A stretch of 64,000 nt of DNA from Tubiluchus corallicola (Eukaryota > Animalia > Priapulida). The translations under genes and the position numbers were made by a program. Shown here in pieces: positions 39,355 to 52,254 of the stretch. The notes beneath the pieces were generated by a model. It saw only the letters and a list, made by a program, of their open reading frames with translations. It was not told where the DNA came from and did no database searches. Position 1 is the first letter of the stretch. Every line of letters begins with the position of its first letter. The stretch lies in the NCBI GenBank assembly GCA_030141605.1, contig JAQGDQ010000999.1:7413-71412 (forward strand), given 5' to 3'.

Positions 39355-42300
39355 TTATTTCACTCCAGAAATACATATACAATACATCAACGTACAATAT
39401 TATTGAAACAAAAAGAAACAGTATAGGTTAAAAAAAACGTTGATGAAGTCAAATTAACCAAATAAGAGAGTTGCTGTATGACACCTTGAAAACTTGGCTT
39501 GTTAAGGTGGCAGAAATGAGTGAATGAAAGAATGGTTAGGGTTAATAGACATGATGGAATGGAAAAAAATAGTAAGATTAAGGATAGGAAGAAGGAAAAG
39601 AGGAGAAGAAAAAAAAAAGGTTTACTGATAATTTCTGAGGCTACAGCTCCAACGGCTGTGCCTTTCTCATTATTTATGAAGCAGCTATTATATTTTTCCT
39701 ACAAAAAGCACAGCACACGACAGCATTCACCTGAATGTGAATGTAGTTACAGCTGAACTGGCAGTAATGCTTGTTTAAAGTCAAACTAAACCCTCAATAT
39801 AATATAAGCTTTTCTAAGAATCTTACTGAATAATAAGTCATAATGTCTGCAACAATTATCAATGTGCAAAGTAGACAACGATACTGCCTACTGTACACAC
39901 GCTGTTAAGTTTTGCAACATTTTATTCTTGCACTTTGTCAGAAACTTAAATAATGCCTTATTAAATTTAGGAAACACAGGGAGTGTGTGTCGCCACCTAT
40001 GGTACTGAAAAAGATTTTCCCGCATTTTTTGCTCAACGAAGTGACTATAAAGCCATTCACAATGTGAAAAATTCAGAAGAAGCGGCCATGCTGATTGGTG
40101 AGCGTTTAGAAAAAGATCTACTTTTTTTTAGACTGCTATGTTTGTGTTTTGTAATAAGAGGAAAATACTGCTTAATGTCAAGAGTTGGAATAATTAATAG
40201 AAAGAGAGATTAACAGAGGAATGATTAGTAGAAAGAGAGATTACAAAGGAATGATTAGTAGAAAGAGAGATTAACAGAGGAATGATTAGTAGAAAGAGAG
40301 ATTAACAGAGGAATGATTAGTAGAAAGAGAGATCAACAGATGTTTTTCATTAAACAATCTTGTGGCAAAAGAAAAAGACAAAAAGAATGCAGAATATTGC
40401 AAACTACATATTTTTTTGTTTAGTTGCTATTCGGCATTCATTCCTACTATTAGTTATTACTTATTCTTTTTGTGCTCTGGATTCCGTATTTTATTAATGA
40501 ACGTGTTCTTTCCCTTGTGATTTTGTGTGCTAAATTAATAAATTCTTCATTGCAAAATTTTAAAAAAATTCGGTTGCATTTTTTTTGGCCTAAAGGTAGG
40601 TTAACAGTTACTGGACTGAAATGGAGAGCCTTTGTGGAGGTTCTTTTTTTGATATGAAGTTCAATTGTAGTTGTTGTCACTGGCTTACATTTATTGATCT
40701 ACGGTACTTTATTTTTCACTGCATTTATCAGCGAACAAACTTAATATCCATTATTCCATTCACATGATGCTATGCTATGATGAAATGTTTCTGTGCAACA
40801 GGAATTGCAATGAACTTTTTACTATTTTTTACAGATGCCTCGTTGTCACTGGGTTTGAATCGTTCGGTCCTAATAGGAGTGCCGATACCTAAGCAATTTG
40901 CGGAAACGGGCCGTGAGGTAGAAGACGCAATTCAGATGTCACTCGTCGAAGCAAAGTATGTGAAATAGACACGTACTTTTGTCTCGTAGATTGCAGGAAC
41001 TTTAAGCTTTCTTAACAGATTTCTTCTGTTTTAGATCCTTTTATCATAAGTGCTATATATATTTTACTAAAGTTCAGTTCAGAAGGATGAACAGAGGCAT
41101 ATTAACCAATAGGCAAACTAGGCTATAGACTAGGGTGCCAAAGTTTGAGGGGTGTCATATTTTAGAAAAAATTCTTATTACCTATTCATATATTTCATAT
41201 TCATGTAAAGGGCGCATTTTATAACGCACCACAAACAGTTACAGAGAGCGGCGTTTCTATAAGTGCCACATAATGAACAGGTACAAGGTATTACATAACA
41301 AGCAGCTGCGCAGTCTGCTTGAATGTAAGTGCTATGCAAATACGTGTAATTAATGATGACCACGTACAAACTAGGTTAATAGTGTTTCTAAGACACCACA
41401 AGTAATTGTTTAATTTGCTCATTACATAAACAACCATAAATTCACAATAGAGATGGGACAAAACTGTCAGCCTAGGGCATCGTAAAATCTTGATATGCCC
41501 CTGGGATGAATGGTCAACTGTTCTTTCATGGTGCATTTACATTAGTATATATGTATTTGTTTACATATGTCCTCTTAATTAATACTGTAAATTCCCACTC
41601 AGTCACGCTCCATTTAGTAATGATTTATTTTAATGAAACAAGTTTTGGCCTTTACATTTTTTGACTGGCGTTTTGTTTTAATGACGAATTCTTGCCCGTA
41701 GTTACCCTGAATGTTATTTACTGTGCTGTTGCATTACAACAAAGCACTGCTAGGGTAAATTTAAGCTATTATATTTAGCTGTCAAACTCACATATAGTGT
41801 TGCCTTGCTACTTCGCGGTTCGTTTATCACGGACTCGCTGTTTCGCGGATTTTGAAAAATATTAATGTAAAATATTTATCGCGGTATTTTCGCTGTTTCG
41901 CGGGTTTTTGCGGTACTCCGTCTAAAGTATTTTTGCACATGCGTAGTACGTATTGTACAGTAATGTATAGATTTGCAGTAAATAGTGTATTTATTCGGCG
42001 GATGAATACACACCAAAAACGAAATGTAGTACTTGCGCCCGCTTGAGATGCTACTTGCCGACATGAGATTGTACACAACACACGATTGGTTGATTGATGG
42101 AGACTTATAAAGACTTAAAATAATGAATAACTACTAAATAAGTATAGCGTCCGTACTGCTTCGCGGAAATTCACTTATCGCGGGTGGACCTGGAATGGAA
42201 CACCCGCGATAAGTGAGGGAACACTGTACTTCTATATAAACATGGTTTATTGCTAGCTCTTGTCTGTGTGCACGAAAAGCAAGGCTTCGCTGATTTATAC

Positions 42301-45300
42301 GTACGCGTGGTTACTGCGGCTCTGAAATGCATTTCTTTCTAGGTTTTTATATTATTTCATATGGATAGCAAGGCTTAATTTAGTGAGAGTCCACTCAGCA
42401 GGCCATTTTGCTGGAATTCGTTAGCATTGTTTAGCAAGGACCTGTGCAGTTTCTCAACTTTTGGAATGTTATTGCAAGTTTTCTATAAATTTACTGTTAC
42501 AGTTCATCACCGTAGGAATAATGTTTGCAATTATATTGTGAAAAATCAATTTTGCTGTGTATACAAGTGCTTTCTGTTTAGGAGAAAGCATATTTCTGGC
42601 AAAGATGTTACACCGTTTGTACTGCATCGGGTGAACGAGCTCACTGAAGGAAAGTCACTTCAAGCTAGTATCCTTTAAATACCATTTTTCAGACACTTTG
42701 TAAACTCAATTTTCTGTGTTGCAGTAGTAAACTTAGACGTCTTTCCAGTATTGTCTATCTCAGGGGTGTGCAAATTATCTGACTAGCCGGGCCACACGAA
42801 GCTTTCCCGCAATGGGCCACAGGCAGTTTGATCAAGGAGCCAAGTAGAGAAAGGCCTAATAACGATTTTTTTGCATCCGACCTGCGTACATCATTACTAC
42901 TACACTCAAGCAACTATTTTAGAAGTTATTAAAATTTATATTACAAACCATATATTTCTACTTTCTGGACAGATAGTGGTAATTTCATTACAATGCATAT
43001 TAGTAATGTGTATCACACAGTCTGTGTAGTACAGTGACATTAAGCTACAACCGTCTTGTAAGGGTTAATGGCATCCAGTCTAGTAGAAAAAACTGCCCGC
43101 ACTATCTTTGGGATCGTGGCACAGACTTCAGCTGGATACACTCAATTAATCGCCCGGGCTGCACTTTCATTAGGTTGACAAATCTCTTCGCGGGCCGCAC
43201 AAATTCTCTCGGCGGGCCGCAAGTGGCCTGCGGGACACAATTTGCACACCCCTTGTCTATCTTGTGCAAATTTAGGCTCGTCTAATTTCAGCAAATGCTT
43301 TCAGTGATGTGGCATTCAATTAGATCCACTTGGATATAATTTACAATTTTCTTACAAACTGTTCAGACATTGCATTGCTGAAAAACAATGCTGAAGTTGG
43401 CAGCAGAATTGCTTGCAAACTGGCTTCGCGGAGGCGCCGAGAAGGGCAACATTTCTACAGCTTTGCTGATATTCCCATGATGGAAACAAGACAGAAACCT
43501 GTATGTATTACCAGGAAATGTGCATCGCACTTGCTACTATGATAATTTGGTGACACTACATGCCTTTTCTTCTGACTAAAAATGATATTTACATCGGTTC
43601 TAATAAAACAAGCAACACCTTTTTATTGTCAACTGTAAATAGCAAACTAAAATTGCCATTATTAGTGATGGACTAAATGCGCACTTGATGGAATTTAAAG
43701 GATGGTGTAGTAGTTACAATGTTTGCTTTGTAAGTAAGAGGTCCTAGTTTGACATTCAGGTTGTGCCCTGACATTTTCAAGCATCGTACCTGTCGAGTGA
43801 GCTTTTTGTTAAAATTTAACAATTGTTGGTTCATTCCACCCTTAATAATAATCTTTTTTATTCAGATTATAAATAATTAAAGATTGGTATTACTCTGCTT
43901 TTACATCAGTATTAACTTTTTCGTATGATTTTCTTTGGTCCGACCTGTCCACAGTATCGAACCCACAACATCTCAGATGGATAGCGGACATGTTTTAATT
44001 AGATTATACCACTTAGTAATAAAATATATTATGCTACCTGTAAATTTCATAGTGAGTTTGTTGCTACCGTGCCAACAATTTTCAGTTTTTAGTTGTTCTA
44101 AGTGGTTCAAATCGTGTCTTGATTCTTATGAGAGATACATCTTGTTGTCTAGTTCCTTTTTGAGTATGGCGAGTAACCCATCTCACAGACAGTATGCTCA
44201 CAAAAACTTTTAGGACTGTTACTGGTGATACAGTTTGTTGTCTAGTTCCCTATTGAGTATGGCGAGTAACCCATCTCACAGATGGTATGCTCACAAAAAC
44301 TTTTAGGACTGTTACTGGTGATACAGTTTGTTGTCTAGTTCCCTATTGAGTATGACGAGTAACCCATCTCACAGACGGTATGCTCACAAAAACTTTTAGG
44401 ACTGTTACTGGTGATACATCTTGTCGTCTAGTTCCTTCTTGAGTATGGCGAGTAACCCATCTCACAGATGGTATGCTCACAAAAACTTTTAGGACTGTTA
44501 CTGGTGATACAGCTTGTTGTCTAGTTCATTCTTGAGTATGACGAGTAACCCATCTCACAGACGGTATGCTCACAAAAACTTTTAGGACTATTACTGGTGA
44601 AGGAGAACACTGTAACACTTTCACCACTAATTTCAAGAAACTCTGTTTCAGAAAGTTTACTTAACAATGTTTTTTGAACTTTTTTCACAACACTTTGCTA
44701 CTTTGTTTTGTAAGTTCAAAACATATTATAATGAATACCGTTCAAAGCATAACTGAATAATTGTTTACCTCTTTGATAGGTTGTGATTGGTGGAACAAAT
44801 CTTGACATTCTCGTGGCACTTATGACTGAAGATGGTAAGGTTATGGTAAGTTTCTTGCTGAACATTAAGATTCTTTAACTGCATGTGCAAATTTAAAGTT
44901 TTTCTTAAGTTTTCAAAGTTTAAGATGCTGAGATCGGATGTATAATCTCTGCCAATGCCTCATTTACTTCAAGCATCTATAATTATGATTTTGGAAATTT
45001 GTTAAAGGAAAACCGGATGATTGTGTGAACACGAGTTCAAAATAAAGAATGCTGTAAAATATTGAAAACTACAATAGCTTATTTTGAATCAAAGCTTAGA
45101 TTAAATAATATTTACCTCGTATACTCAAATTTTGTTAAACTTTCAAAGCTACGCACGGCTCAGTGAATCTACTAAGATTGGTAACGGCGCCTTTTTGTCA
45201 CATGCGTGGTGCCGACAAATAGAAGACGGTATCGTGACAACCATGACCCTGAACTGCTGTGTTAGTTTTTGACGTCATATGACGTAGACCCCATTTTTCG

Positions 45301-48300
45301 TGACATGATGCATTTAAGCAGTACTGTAACACCTAAGCAAATGTACTTGACGTGCAAAGGAAGACGCCTGCCATTGCGCAAACTGTGGTTAGTTTCTGGC
45401 GTAAGCAATAGCTGTGTTCGGCTGCTGTTAATTAACTTTCTAAGCTAATCATTCAAATTTAAGGAAAAATTGTTAACTTTTATAGGCTAGAAAATGTATA
45501 TTTTGGACAGTAAATTTAAATGAGATTGAGTGTAAACAATTGTCCGATCTTCCTTTAAAGTAGAATTATAAGAATGATTTGGTCCAACTTATAGTGATGT
45601 TATCAAAGTCTGCAATGTGGTAGCAGCATTCTGAAAAGCGTTTATAGATGTTCTCCAAAGCTTGGCAGGTTTTGAAATTACTGGCAAATGCAAAAAAATA
45701 ATTGACAACATATATGCACATGTTCAGACAACTTTAAGATAGTTAAGTTTTGGCGCGGTGGTAGGTTTTGGCTCAGACAATAAATTTTAAACACAATATT
45801 CTGCCAAAGCCGGTGACTTTTTAGCAACAATTACAAACACCCACACATGTTTGGCGCATATATAGTGATTTTTGCATTTAAAATAAAAATTTTGGATAGT
45901 CGCCACGGTTGCGAAGCCCATGAAACCCCGGCTCTGACGAGAAAAAGTAACCAGGGCAATGTGGCAAATAAATTCGTCTAAAGCAATTTCTTAGCTATTA
46001 TCAGTCCACTTGCTGGCCTGTCTCTCTTGACTTTTGTGGGGAAGCGCATGCCATTGTCATTTAATTATTCCTCTTTTTTTAAAACACACTTAACATGTTA
46101 ACTTTGCTTTAAAGTCTATTAGAGTTTAACGCTTCGACCACTCTAGTTTGGACTACCCTCTTTCAGCTTTATTAAGTTTAAGTTAAAGCGCTGTACCGTT
46201 TGCCAACTATGGTAATAACAATACGTGCTACTTTCTAAAACTTACGATAATTCTTATTTTTACAGATGGATGGCAGCACTAACAAAGGAAAAATTCAGTA
46301 TATGCTTGGTGGCGTGGGTCGAAACATCAGCGAAGGATTACAGAAATTTGGCAAGCAGCCCCTTTTTATAACTGCTACTGGACCTGAACAGGACATGCAA
46401 AAAATCCTTAAAACTACAAAGCCAATAGTAAGTTTTAGTTTTTAGTGGTTTATAGTAAAACTCCAGGCTATCTCAAAAGTGTTCCTGGGTTTGTAATTCA
46501 CACACGTAAAGTAGCTTGCTGAACTAGCAAAGGTTTGCAAGGCTCACAGCAGCATGCTTTCATCAAAGACTCTGTTATGACACCTTAACTAGTTCAATAT
46601 TAATTTCCTAAGTGGTCCCTATTATTTTTACCCGCATGTTACTTTGATAAATCCACGTGTTTAGTTGAAGAACCAGCGGTATCACTTTTTAAGTCTTTGG
46701 TTTGATTTGTTTGGGAGTTGAACCCTCGACCTCCCGGGGGGGAAGTAGGAAGCACACTACCACTGAGCTACGCCACCCGGTCACCCTAAATACTTTATCA
46801 AGGCAATGATGATGATGGAAGTGTATATCAGTCACATCAAAAACCCACCTACCCTCACCTATGGATTCAAAGCATTCGAGTTTTCCATCATGCGAATAAT
46901 GTGAAAAAGTGACACGTGACAATAAAAAATTTGTTTTTTTCTGTTTCGCCTTCAGTGCGATCTCTAGACTGCTAATCCACTGGACATACATGTCATTGCG
47001 GTTGTGCTTTGTGAGAAAAATTATTTCATTCATCATTGTGGTTATATTGCCATGCAACGCACTATAGGTTTTACATGTCAAATGTAGACCTGCGTTAACT
47101 CAAATGTAGATTTGGGTAATTCAAATGTGTCTTGGTAACTCAAATGTAGACTTAGGTAGTTCAAATGTGTTAACAATGGTTTTCAAGAAATCTTAAGCGC
47201 TTTTGGTAAGTCAAATGTAGACACATGTCAAGTCAAATGTGACATTGGTATCTCAAATGTGGATAGGTGGTAAAGTTTAAGGATGTTAAATTTAATCTTC
47301 TTTAATTTCAATTTAATAATTGCTCTTAAGCTAAAATAACAATGTTATAGGTTCACTAATATTCTGTAAACATTACATACCATTGGAACTGTTAGAGAAA
47401 ACAATACATTCTTAAAATAAACAATGTTTCTTGAGATAAACTAATTCATTAATGCAGTGCTAATGCGTTACTTAAAAAACTAATTAGTGATTCACTGTTC
47501 ATTGGGAAGTGGGAACCAATTCCACTACATTCTTAACGATAATTGCATCTACATTTGACTTACCTAAGTCACATTTGAGTTACCAAAACACATTCGAAAT
47601 TCCTATGTCTACATTTGACTTACCTAAGTCACATTTGAACTTTCCTGTGTCTACATTTGACGTGTAAAACCTATATACTGATGGTGCTGTAATAGAAAAA
47701 ATAGTTTATGCCTCCAGTAATAAATTACTTGTGTGTGCTTACATATTGTTCTAATCTCATTTGTGGCACTAGTGTTCTGTCCTAAATGTTTCTTGTTTTA
47801 TTTCTGTGTTGACATTTGCAGGAGGCGAAGGGCCTTTTACATCCGGATTATGAATCCACAGCATCGTACGTTGTTATTCTGAGGGGGAATGGAGAATTGT
47901 TTGCTGGCATTGGTGACATGGACATACACAATTCACTCACACCAGAGTTGGTACGTGTTGATTTATAAAGACTGCATGCTAGGGCATTTGGTTTGAATGT
48001 ACATTATCATCAGTAGGAACTTTTTCGTATGATGGTGTTTGGTACGACCCGTCCACAGTATCGAACCCACAACATCTCAGATGGATAGCCTACATGTTTT
48101 CAATTAGAGTATACCACATAGTAACACATTTATCTCAAATGTGGATAGGTGGTAAAGTTTAAGGATGTTAAATTTAACCTTCTTTAATTTCAATTTAATA
48201 ATTGCTCTTAAGTCAAAATAACAACGTTACAGGTTCAATGCTTTTGTTGCTAACGAAGCCAGTTCAATAATTTAGGTCAGTGAAAGTAGAGTAAAACTGA

Positions 48301-49068
48301 GCTCCAGTATGCGTTACAAGTGACATTTTGTAATTTGTGTCATTTTAAGCATTTTCTTTTAAATGTGTGAATTACAGCCTATTATAGGGTGTATACTTGC
48401 TAGAAAATGTGGAAATGTGGTATCTCTTGTTTTATTTTATTGAAGAAACAAATTCTTTCAAGGGCTTCTGATATTATTATATTTTTTTAACAAAATTATT
48501 GTTTACTTTTTCTAAACTTTATTGTTTACTTTGTCTAAATTTTCCATAAAAACAAGTCAAGACCAGTGCTGGAATGGACCAGAAATTATCAAATTTTTGA
48601 AATCAAATACCTGACCGAGAAAAGCAAAATTGAAAAAGCCAAGACCAAGTCTTGATTTGAACTAGGCACCTTTGGACTAAAAATCTGAAACTGATGTTTT
48701 AGATCAGCAGAGAAAACAACTAATTGCGATCAAGACAAGTCCTACAAATCTGGCAAGTTGCCAATTGGTGTCTAACAGTCTAAGATATTCAGTTTAACTG
48801 ATTAGGCTCATTTTAAGTTTCCTCTCAAAAATCAATATTGTGGATGTTTCCTCATTAATAAATATAAATAATTAACGTTAACTGTTTTTCTACTATTTAT
48901 GCTCTTTTTAATGACACACATAATAATAATTATCGCTTGGCTTTGTATTTAAGATAGCAGAGTTCAAACCAGATTTGGAAGTAGCTCCTCTAGTGGTATT
49001 TGACGGAAACGTGCCAGTGAAGACAATGCAGTATGTATGCGAGATATGCAGTGAAGCGGCCGTTCCAG
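29326..49068 (+). CDS. Bifunctional pseudouridine-5'-phosphate glycosidase / PfkB-family pseudouridine kinase (PsuG-PsuK fusion), multi-exon, 3' end not in window
   Basis: 14 exons join in frame (~516 aa). PsuG motifs: [70 protein letters not shown]. PfkB motifs: [29 protein letters not shown]. Confidence 0.95.
31220..31832 (-). mobile_element. 5'-truncated RTE-clade LINE (RT C-terminus)
   Basis: ORF YLGS…RIGKAAAVF…[17 protein letters not shown]…[11 protein letters not shown]; (GACTAA)n tail; 11-bp TSD tagttgatgct. Confidence 0.92.
32803..32920 (+). CDS. PsuG exon ([38 protein letters not shown])
   Basis: tag| and |gtacgt; catalytic ALES motif. Confidence 0.94.
33294..33529. mobile_element. 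hAT-type MITE family B, shorter copy
   Basis: Same TIR, 8-bp TSD atgtagca. Confidence 0.92.
33903..33988 (+). CDS. PsuG exon ([29 protein letters not shown])
   Basis: cag| and |gtgaga. Confidence 0.94.
35215..35306 (+). CDS. PsuG exon ([30 protein letters not shown])
   Basis: cag| and |gtagtg. Confidence 0.92.
35460..35990. repeat. Degenerate tandem repeat, ~130-bp units (aagtttcatg…gccatcttgaat…aaaatggc), Helentron-like
   Basis: 3-4 visible units; classification is inference. Confidence 0.7.
37321..37432 (+). CDS. PsuG exon ([37 protein letters not shown])
   Basis: tag| and |gtgagt. Confidence 0.95.
38263..38668 (-). mobile_element. 5S rRNA-headed SINE (SINE3-like), 5' truncated
   Basis: - strand begins (CT)GGTGAATACCAGGTGCTGTAGGCTT, matching the 5S rRNA 3' end; GC-rich body; 9-bp direct repeat agatcatac on both sides. 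Confidence 0.7.
38846..38952 (+). CDS. PsuG exon ([35 protein letters not shown])
   Basis: cag| and |gtaggt. Confidence 0.95.
39152..39610 (-). mobile_element. Retroposon 3' end with expanded (GATT)/(GACT)n tail; copies at 50520-50905(+) and 58836-58970(+)
   Basis: Shared ctggagtgaaataaa+(ttga)n; tail expanded into a ~200-bp TCAG/TCAA microsatellite. Confidence 0.8.
39971..40097 (+). CDS. PsuG exon ([24 protein letters not shown]…AAMLI)
   Basis: tag| and |gtgagc. Confidence 0.94.
40188..40340 (+). repeat. Minisatellite, ~32-bp unit (aggaatgattagtagaaagagagattaacag)
   Basis: About 4.5 copies. Confidence 0.9.
40835..40955 (+). CDS. PsuG exon ([18 protein letters not shown]…[12 protein letters not shown])
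   Basis: cag| and |gtatgt. Confidence 0.93.
41092..41503. mobile_element. hAT-like MITE (CAGAGGCATAT…ATATGCCCCTG)
   Basis: Inverted termini; ggatgaa on both flanks. Confidence 0.7.
41795..42226. mobile_element. Tc1/mariner (pogo-like) MITE
   Basis: Imperfect TIR tagtgttgcctt…tcgcgg / ccgcga…gagggaacactg, TA flanks. Confidence 0.7.
42582..42667 (+). CDS. PsuG exon ([28 protein letters not shown])
   Basis: tag| and U12-type donor |GTATCCTTT. Confidence 0.94.
42668..43366 (+). other. U12-type (minor spliceosome) GT-AG intron
   Basis: 5' site GTATCCTTT; branch-like TTTTCTTAC at 43347-43355, 12 nt before the AG, with no pyrimidine tract; phase 1. Confidence 0.85.
42761..43254. mobile_element. 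hAT-type MITE family C inside the U12 intron
   Basis: TIR plus 8-bp TSD gtctatct. Confidence 0.92.
43367..43500 (+). CDS. PsuG C-terminus/linker exon ([23 protein letters not shown]…RQKP)
   Basis: cag| and |gtatgt. Confidence 0.92.
43915..44016 (-). mobile_element. tRNA-derived SINE fragment; copy at ~48020-48125
   Basis: B-box GGTTCGATAC on the - strand, two copies. Confidence 0.6.
44134..44599 (+). repeat. Tandem array, 5 x 93 bp
   Basis: Units start at 44134, 44227, 44320, 44413, 44506; no unique spacers. Confidence 0.95.
44780..44845 (+). CDS. PfkB kinase exon ([22 protein letters not shown])
   Basis: tag| and |gtaagt. Confidence 0.9.
45006..45554. mobile_element. Kolobok-like MITE (inverted copy of 4392-4923)
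   Basis: TTAA TSD, AGG…CCT termini. Confidence 0.8.
46266..46427 (+). CDS. PfkB kinase exon ([39 protein letters not shown]…)
   Basis: cag| and |gtaagt; PfkB signature 1. Confidence 0.93.
46650..46785 (-). mobile_element. tRNA-derived SINE
   Basis: GGCGTAGCTCAGTGGTAG … GGTTCAACTCC followed by a non-tRNA body. Confidence 0.65.
47067..47671. mobile_element. Foldback-like MITE, TIR GGTTTTACA.GTCAAATGTAGAC with subterminal TCAAATGT repeats; inverted copy at 60479-61070
   Basis: TATA on both flanks in both copies; superfamily not assigned. Confidence 0.85.
47822..47950 (+). CDS. PfkB kinase exon (…[32 protein letters not shown])
   Basis: cag| and |gtacgt. Confidence 0.93.
48954..49068 (+). CDS. 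PfkB kinase exon ([38 protein letters not shown])
   Basis: aag| and G|gtaggt. Confidence 0.9.
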
Positions 49069-50860
49069 GTAGGTGCTGCATTTGTAAACTGTTGTGTTTT
49101 TGCAGATGTTGCATGAATATCGTGGGCACCTCTTTTTGAGAAGGCCAAGCTCTGTTTATCTTTTTGTGAGGTTTTTTGTGAAACTACCAATGTAGTTTAT
49201 TTTCAGGAGAAAGAAAAAAGAAAAAACACAAATTTACTAATGCAAACTTACTACAGTGGCAATTTGAAACATCATGTTTTTTCATACTTCATTCTTTTTA
49301 TTATTGTTTTTTTCCCATTTACACATGAAGGAAACATGCATTTTTCAAGTTTTGGTATACCAAATACAAAAAGTTTTGAATGTGAGTCGTCTCGGTTTGT
49401 CTAACAAGAAAGAACACAGTTTATCTTGCACACTTTATCATTTTATCCGTGGCTGTGGTAAATATCACTTTTAACATCAGCTGGTGTTACACTGCCGAGC
49501 CGTGTCGGACTAGTTCTGTTCGTGTCTTTCTCTTTATTTTCCTCTGTATGACGTTTTGAAACCACTTCTCTTTTTTTCTACTAATTCCCCCATAATTGCT
49601 GCCTTTGCTACCTTGTTCTGCTGCTTGAATTTCGTCAAAATTGATGCAATCCCTTGTTTTGTATCTGCTAAATTACAAAAATGGCACAATTTGAAATTTG
49701 AATTTTAGTTTTCATTAAGAAACTAGTGTCATTTTAATGCAGAATTATTGTGTCATACTTTCATATTCTTTAAATATAGACATTGTTTGCTCTTTAGAAG
49801 ATAATATAAAAAGATAATATATATCTTTATGGAATATCTAATATCTAAACTCCAATTTTGTTAGACTACAAATTTGTTAGACTTTGTAAAACTTTGTAAA
49901 ACAAATTTGCAAAACTACATGTAATCTGGATAAACAAACCGTCATTTACCATATTTATCTGGTAAATATTTATGGTACGTTTGGTGGGGCCTTAAATTTG
50001 CACCAAGGAGATGGTCTCGATGTTCGTGATGCTTTGACTCAATATTCTTTTTCAATTCTCAGTTTAAAAACTAGTGGTCATTCTTTATTATCATATTAAA
50101 ATAACTAGAATCTTACTTCAGGTAAGACTACTGATAATAGCGGATTGGTTCTTGGGTGTTTCTGTTTATTTCTTACTGCCACATTACGGAAAAATTTTTA
50201 CCACTAGAATGCTTTTATACAAGTTTTATACAAGTACTACCCGAGTAAGTTTTACAAATGAAACAAATGCTCGATTTAGTATTTGCATTTTTATTTCACA
50301 ATTAAAAGGGTTGTAAAATGGATTCAATGTAAAAATATCCAATAACAGTTTTAATACAGTACTTTTAATTCACAATTTATGAACCATTTTTGATTCATAC
50401 TTATAATACAATTTTCATGCTTCCACGTCTCCTGCAGTCGCAATATATGGCCTCCAATCAATTATAATGCTATTTTAATATACCTCTATGTAAATTAAAC
50501 ATACACTGCGGTCGTTTCTTCTCCTCTTTTCCTTCTTCCCATCCCTAATCTTACTATTTTTTTCCATTCCATCATGTCTACTAACCCTAACCATTCTTTC
50601 ATTCACTCATCCTCCCTTCCCTTCCTTCTTCCTATCCCTAATCTTACCATTTTTTTCCATTCCATCATTTCTTCTGACCCTAACCATTCTTTCATTCACT
50701 CATTTGTGCCACCCTAACAAGCCAAGCTTTCAAGGTGTCATACAGCAACTCTTTTATTTGGTTAATTTGACTTCGTCAACGTTTTTTACCTATACTGTTT
50801 CATTTTTTTCAATAATATTGTATGTTGATGTTTTGTGTATGTATTGCTGGAGTGAAATAA

Positions 50861-50905
<45 letters not shown>

Positions 50906-52254
50906 CAATGAAGGTTTGTAAGGGTAAAAGAAGTCAAAAGTCAACAAGATTCTTTTACATTTGGAATGTGAATGAATTTATGGAGTTTACAGAAACATTT
51001 TCAACTAAAATAACGATAATTCATATATAGTCACGTAGATATTTTAGCAAGCAATAACTCTAAGATGGAACTAAGCAGCCATAGTAGGAAAACTAAGGAG
51101 GTGAAGAGGAGGAGGACCTAACAATTTTAGGTTGCCCGAACACCTAATTATAAAAATCATCAAGTTAAAAAATTTCTTTGTTGTTTTGTGTGAAATTTCA
51201 ATAAAATGGGTCCGCAAATGGATTATTACGGAAAAGTGGAATACTTTTTCATATATCCAGCAATGTGAAATTCATGACTATTTTATCTAGTTTGCTTGCT
51301 TGGAAATCATACATAATTGCACAAACTTTTGAAACTACTGCAGCAATGTATTAACAGGCGCTTGAATCCTTTTTTAATTTTTTAGTCTATAATTCGGAAA
51401 AACGGCAGGACGTTACCTGACAAATTTTACGTAAACTAGGTTTCTTATCGCATTTTCACGACACTGTTTTAAATAATGTTTATTTACAACAATTATTTAA
51501 CAGTTTATTTGAGTATTTGGCTAGCTGTTAAAAGCGTATTACACAGAAGCACAAACTCTGTCTATACTAAAAATGTTCTAATGTAAAACAAAACTACACG
51601 TGCCAATAAATACTATAAAAGTATTGCCTTGTAAATAAATCGAAATGTAATCTGGTAAACTATGCAAATTAATTCTAAAACTGTCTCGGCAAAAACTGTA
51701 CATGTAAGAAACTACATAGACCACTATCATAGTAACAATGTCATCTGCACATTCTGCAGGGATTCTGTTAACTTAAAATAACTTCTAACTAACATATATG
51801 CTACCAACATTTCATCAATGTCGTAAAAATTGTTCCCAATGCATTTTACCAATGCAATATTATGACAATAGTAACATGTAAAATTGACACCTATTTACAA
51901 TATAAGTTGTTCCTTATAAAATAACTGCATTTACAGTAAAACGAACAAAACTTTGGAGTATTTGAATGCGAGTAATAATATTTGTCTCTATAAATTTAGC
52001 GCTCAGCGTTCACTGTTGGTGTATTTCTGATATGGCCACTATGTTAGATATTTAGTTATCAGCCATGTATATTTGAGTGGTCATACATTTTAATAGTGGT
52101 TTGACTTCGATTGCATTTACACAGTCCACTCCCGGATCTTGGGGATCCCCGGATTCCAGACTTGTTCTGATTTGATAATCCTCAACAATCGATTATAGTA
52201 GTATTTTATGAGAAAACCGACCGACTTGTAAGCCACAATTTCATATTTACGAGA

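Noticed and set aside
39137-39406. (QSVS)n ORF
   Set aside because: Translation of the (TCAG)n expansion in a retroposon tail.
44134-44599. CRISPR-like array
   Set aside because: Units repeat in full with no unique spacers; eukaryotic intron; no cas genes.
45920-45960. Hammerhead ribozyme core (CTGACGA near GAAAC)
   Set aside because: Required stems and motif order are not satisfied.
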